Part shown: one piece after another, positions 61,415-64,000 of the stretch
How positions within the stretch are numbered: position 1 is the stretch's first letter
Layout of the letters: each line of letters opens with the position of its first letter
Assembly (NCBI GenBank): GCA_964350645.1
Contig: CAYGJY010000001.1
Span: 399,939 to 463,938 of the forward strand
Direction: 5' to 3'
Source: an uncultured Candidatus Saccharibacteria bacterium
GTDB taxonomy: Bacteria > Patescibacteriota > Minisyncoccia > Phycocordibacterales > UBA918
DNA length: 64,000 nt
Notes under the pieces: model-generated
Told to the model about the DNA's origin: nothing
Seen by the model: only the letters and a program-made list of their open reading frames with translations
Database searches by the model: none
Program-made: the position numbers and the translations under genes

Positions 61415-63196
61415 CTACTTTGCTTTCTTTCGTTCACTTTCCTTCAGACCTTGCTTCCGTAAGCGGATTGATTGTGGGCAGACTTCAAGATATTCATCTT
61501 GCTGAACAATTTCTAGTCCAAGTTCGATAGACAGTGGCCGATGTGGCGTGAGTACAGTCGCATCATCACTTCCAGACGCACGCATGTTGGTAAGTTGCTT
61601 TCCTTTAGTTGGATTCACAATCATCTCTTCTCCCTTACTCGTGTTACCGATCACCATTCCTTCATACACTTCTGTACCAGCACCAATGTAGAGCTCACCT
61701 CGGTCCTGTAGACCCATCAGACCAAAGCCAAGGGCTTTTCCAGTTGCCATTGACGTCATTGAGCCAACTTGTCGTTTCTTGATCTCGCCAGCGTATGGTC
61801 GGAACTCAAGGAAGCGTGAAGCTAGAATACCTTCACCTTTCGTATCAATAATAAATTGGTTTTTATACCCAAGGAGACCGCGAGTTGGACCTTCAAAAAG
61901 AAGTCGCACTTGGTTCTCATGTGGCACCATGTTTTGCATGATGAAGCCTCGGTTTGAGAGTCGTTCAATAACTGAACCTTGGTATTCACTTGGCACATCG
62001 ATCGTTACCTCTTCAAACGGCTCACTCTTTACGCCATCAACATCTTTCACAATTACTTGCGGCTGAGAAACTGAGAGCTCATACCCTTCACGGCGCATGT
62101 TTTCAAGCAGAATCGAAATGTGCATTTCTCCCCGTCCTTTTACTTCGTACGTATCGCCATTGTTTACTACCTGGAGACCAACGTTGATTTCAAGCTCTTT
62201 TTCAAGGCGCTCACCAATCTGACGACTGGTGACATACTTCCCTTCGCGACCAGCAAATGGTGACGAGTTCACCAAGAAGGTCATTGCCACAGTTGGTTCA
62301 TCAACTGAAATTTCTGGTAACAGCTCAACTCCCTCAACATCTGAGATTGTTTCACCGATATTGATATCTTCGAGTCCGGCAATCAGTACGATGTCGCCTG
62401 CAAACGCTTCGTCAAGCTCAACTTGCTGCACTCCTTTGTAGCCTGAAAGCTTAACCACCTTTCCTTTCTTAGTCGGGCCCTCGTGCGAAGCGATCACCAC
62501 TTGTTGTCCCTTCTTAATTTTTCCGTCATAAATCCGAGCCACCGCCAAACGGCCCAGGAAGTTGTCGTAGCCAAGGTTAAATACCTGCGCGCGAAGAGAT
62601 TCACCTTCAACATAGCCCTTTGAGGCTGGTACATGTTCAAGAATTGTATCGAGGACTGGTGAGAGGTCTTTCATTTCGTCAGCCATATTGCGCTTCGCGA
62701 GACCATCACGACCAATCGCGTACACCACTGGGAAATCAGACTGCTCATCTGAAGCGCCAAGCTCGAGAAAGAGTTCAAGGACTTGTTCTTCACACCGATC
62801 CGTATCAGCCGCTGGCTTATCGATCTTGTTGACGATCACAATTGGCTTCAAGCCAAGTTCAAGGGATTTTTTCAGCACAAAGCGCGTTTGCGGCATTGGA
62901 CCTTCCTGCGCGTCTACGACGAGGAGTACTGAGTCAATTGAACGCAACACTCGCTCCACTTCAGAGCCGAAGTCGGCGTGACCAGGGGTGTCGACGATGT
63001 TGATTTTGGTGTCTTTGTATTCTACAGAGGTATTCTTAGCATAAATGGTAATTCCCCGCTCTTGCTCGAGCGCGTTATTGTCCATCGACGCGTCCCCTTG
63101 GCGTGAACCAGTGAATTCCATCAAACCATCGGTCAAAGTAGTCTTTCCGTGGTCAACGTGGGCAATAATAGCAATGTTTCGAATTGGTTGGCTCAT
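61415..63196 (-). CDS. typA: Translational GTPase TypA/BipA
   Basis: 593 aa with MSQPIRNIAIIAHVDHGKTTLTDGLM (G1), DTPGHADFGSEVER, NKIDK and the EF-G-like domain order typical of BipA. Confidence 0.9.
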   Translation of the reverse strand: MSQPIRNIAIIAHVDHGKTTLTDGLMEFTGSRQGDASMDNNALEQERGITIYAKNTSVEYKDTKINIVDTPGHADFGSEVERVLRSIDSVLLVVDAQEGPMPQTRFVLKKSLELGLKPIVIVNKIDKPAADTDRCEEQVLELFLELGASDEQSDFPVVYAIGRDGLAKRNMADEMKDLSPVLDTILEHVPASKGYVEGESLRAQVFNLGYDNFLGRLAVARIYDGKIKKGQQVVIASHEGPTKKGKVVKLSGYKGVQQVELDEAFAGDIVLIAGLEDINIGETISDVEGVELLPEISVDEPTVAMTFLVNSSPFAGREGKYVTSRQIGERLEKELEINVGLQVVNNGDTYEVKGRGEMHISILLENMRREGYELSVSQPQVIVKDVDGVKSEPFEEVTIDVPSEYQGSVIERLSNRGFIMQNMVPHENQVRLLFEGPTRGLLGYKNQFIIDTKGEGILASRFLEFRPYAGEIKKRQVGSMTSMATGKALGFGLMGLQDRGELYIGAGTEVYEGMVIGNTSKGEEMIVNPTKGKQLTNMRASGSDDATVLTPHRPLSIELGLEIVQQDEYLEVCPQSIRLRKQGLKESERKKAK

Positions 63197-63402
63197 ATAC
63201 TAAATAAAATGATAAATAAAAAGGAGCCTTAGCTCGGCTCAATATTGGCAGCATCATACTGTGGAAACAGGGTTTTGTCGAGTAATGATTGTCAAATTTC
63301 TAAATAGCTGTACTATGTCGAAACCCGACAACATGTGTGTAATTGCGTTAGTCGGTAGAGACTCTTCAGCCTGTTTCAGTACTACGAAGAGTTCTCCGTG
63401 TG

Positions 63403-63445
63403 AGAGGCCGGTCATTCATCTGCCACCCCAAGTGACCGGCCTCTC
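63403..63445. other. GC-rich 13-bp-stem hairpin in the typA upstream region
   Basis: GAGAGGCCGGTCA-17 nt-TGACCGGCCTCTC. Its function is unknown; it could be a terminator, attenuator or ncRNA element. Confidence 0.4.
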
Positions 63446-63551
63446 CATGGACTTGTTCTTCGTCGAATCTTCGTGCTTCAAGCAATCCAGCTTGGAGCAT
63501 TGTCGTTTTTAGATACTTAGAATGTCCCATTTAAATAGTAGACAAGAGAAA

Positions 63552-63596
63552 GGGCCGCGCGAATGTGTGGAGGCCCTCCTCCTATTCGCGCGGCCC
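63552..63596 (-). terminator. GC-rich compound hairpin immediately downstream of the GC-rich minus-strand ORF
   Basis: GGGCCGCGCGAAT-19 nt-ATTCGCGCGGCCC is a perfect 13-bp stem. The loop contains a nested GGAGG/CCTCC stem. It marks the boundary where base composition changes. Confidence 0.55.
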
Positions 63597-63609
63597 GTGG
63601 GCCGCTTCT

Positions 63610-64000
63610 TCATTTCCGCTTCCACCACCAGACGCCGAAGCTAAGCAGCCCGACCGGCAGCAGCAGCCCAGCTGCCGGGAGCGGAACTGCCGTGGTGCCG
63701 CCATCATTGTCGATCCGCCAATCGTAGTTGACGATGACGACGACCGTTGGATCTACACCTCTGGGATCATTTTCATCCCGTGGCGGCTGTACCACCACGA
63801 CCGGGATGAAATCCAGCGGTGAGCCACCAAAGCCACCACCTTCCCCGAAACCCCCGCCAGCGAAGACCAGCGGGAAGGTGTCCGACGTCTGTGGCGGTGC
63901 CGGAGCGATTGCTCCAGGCGGCGGGAGGGGCGTTTTCCGCCCCACCCAATTGCCACACGTGAACACTTTGATCAGCTCATAGAGCCAACCTTCGTGCTCG
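63610..64000 (-). CDS. 3' end of a GC-rich ORF (N-terminus beyond the window) encoding a Gly/Pro-rich protein with a PEP-CTERM-like C-terminal sorting signal
   Basis: The translation reads ...GGGFGEGGGFGG...VIVNYDWRIDNDGGTTAVPLPAAGLLLPVGLLSFGVWWWKRK-stop. It has VPLP, a hydrophobic helix and KRK, the PEP-CTERM architecture. The codons are GC3-rich (ccg, ggc, gtc), unlike the rest of the window. Confidence 0.5.
   Translation of the reverse strand, partial: EHEGWLYELIKVFTCGNWVGRKTPLPPPGAIAPAPPQTSDTFPLVFAGGGFGEGGGFGGSPLDFIPVVVVQPPRDENDPRGVDPTVVVIVNYDWRIDNDGGTTAVPLPAAGLLLPVGLLSFGVWWWKRK

Noticed and set aside
63261-63512. Plus-strand 83-aa Cys-rich ORF upstream of typA with an AAAGGAG nearby
   Set aside because: The SD-like hexamer is 34 nt from the ATG. 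The ORF spans the GC-rich hairpin at 63403..63445 and has no recognisable features, so it is more likely non-coding leader or regulatory sequence.
1-64000. Alternative genetic code (UGA=Gly/Trp, as in some uncultivated lineages)
   Set aside because: Long ORFs, including the 20-kb one, are intact under the standard code, and genes terminate cleanly at TAA/TAG/TGA with sensible C-termini. Nothing suggests recoding.
1-64000. CRISPR arrays, tRNA/rRNA genes, IS elements, integrases
   Set aside because: There are no short regularly spaced direct repeats, no tRNA-like T-arm motifs in the few intergenic gaps, and no transposase- or integrase-like ORFs. The only repeats are protein-coding paralogs, the (TTCAGT)8 SSR and terminator hairpins.

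Overview
This 64-kb window is almost entirely minus-strand coding and comes from a moderate-GC bacterium with monoderm-type surface features; the phylum cannot be fixed from sequence alone. From 1 to about 44.6 kb there is one same-strand array of secreted or membrane-anchored proteins built around a 19,977-bp ORF (11983..31959) encoding a 6,658-aa giant protein. That protein has three DUF2341-like plus LamG-like modules and kb-scale internal repeats. On both flanks of the giant gene sit paralog sets of cohesin-like proteins, type-I-dockerin-bearing proteins (one with a Myxococcus-type Cys-rich repeat), WxL-like secreted proteins and DUF916/CscA-like anchored proteins. The array also holds an ABC ATPase plus FtsX/MacB-type permease pair, an FN3 protein, three paralogs with the FGE-sulfatase (formylglycine-generating enzyme) / C-type-lectin fold, three tandem EamA/DMT transporter genes with nucleotide-conserved termini, a Ham1 ITPase and an Hsp20. 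The right part carries umuC, a Nudix gene, a GH18 gene, a umuD-like gene, a CAP-domain protein, a 1,418-aa PG-binding surface protein, an ECF sigma/anti-sigma pair, a HI0933 flavoprotein, an RluB-type pseudouridine synthase, a DUF1059 gene, an LRR protein and typA/bipA. Several perfect GC-rich hairpin terminators are visible. The last ~450 bp switch abruptly to GC-rich DNA encoding a PEP-CTERM-like C-terminal tail. No rRNA, tRNA, CRISPR, transposase or reverse transcriptase was recognised.
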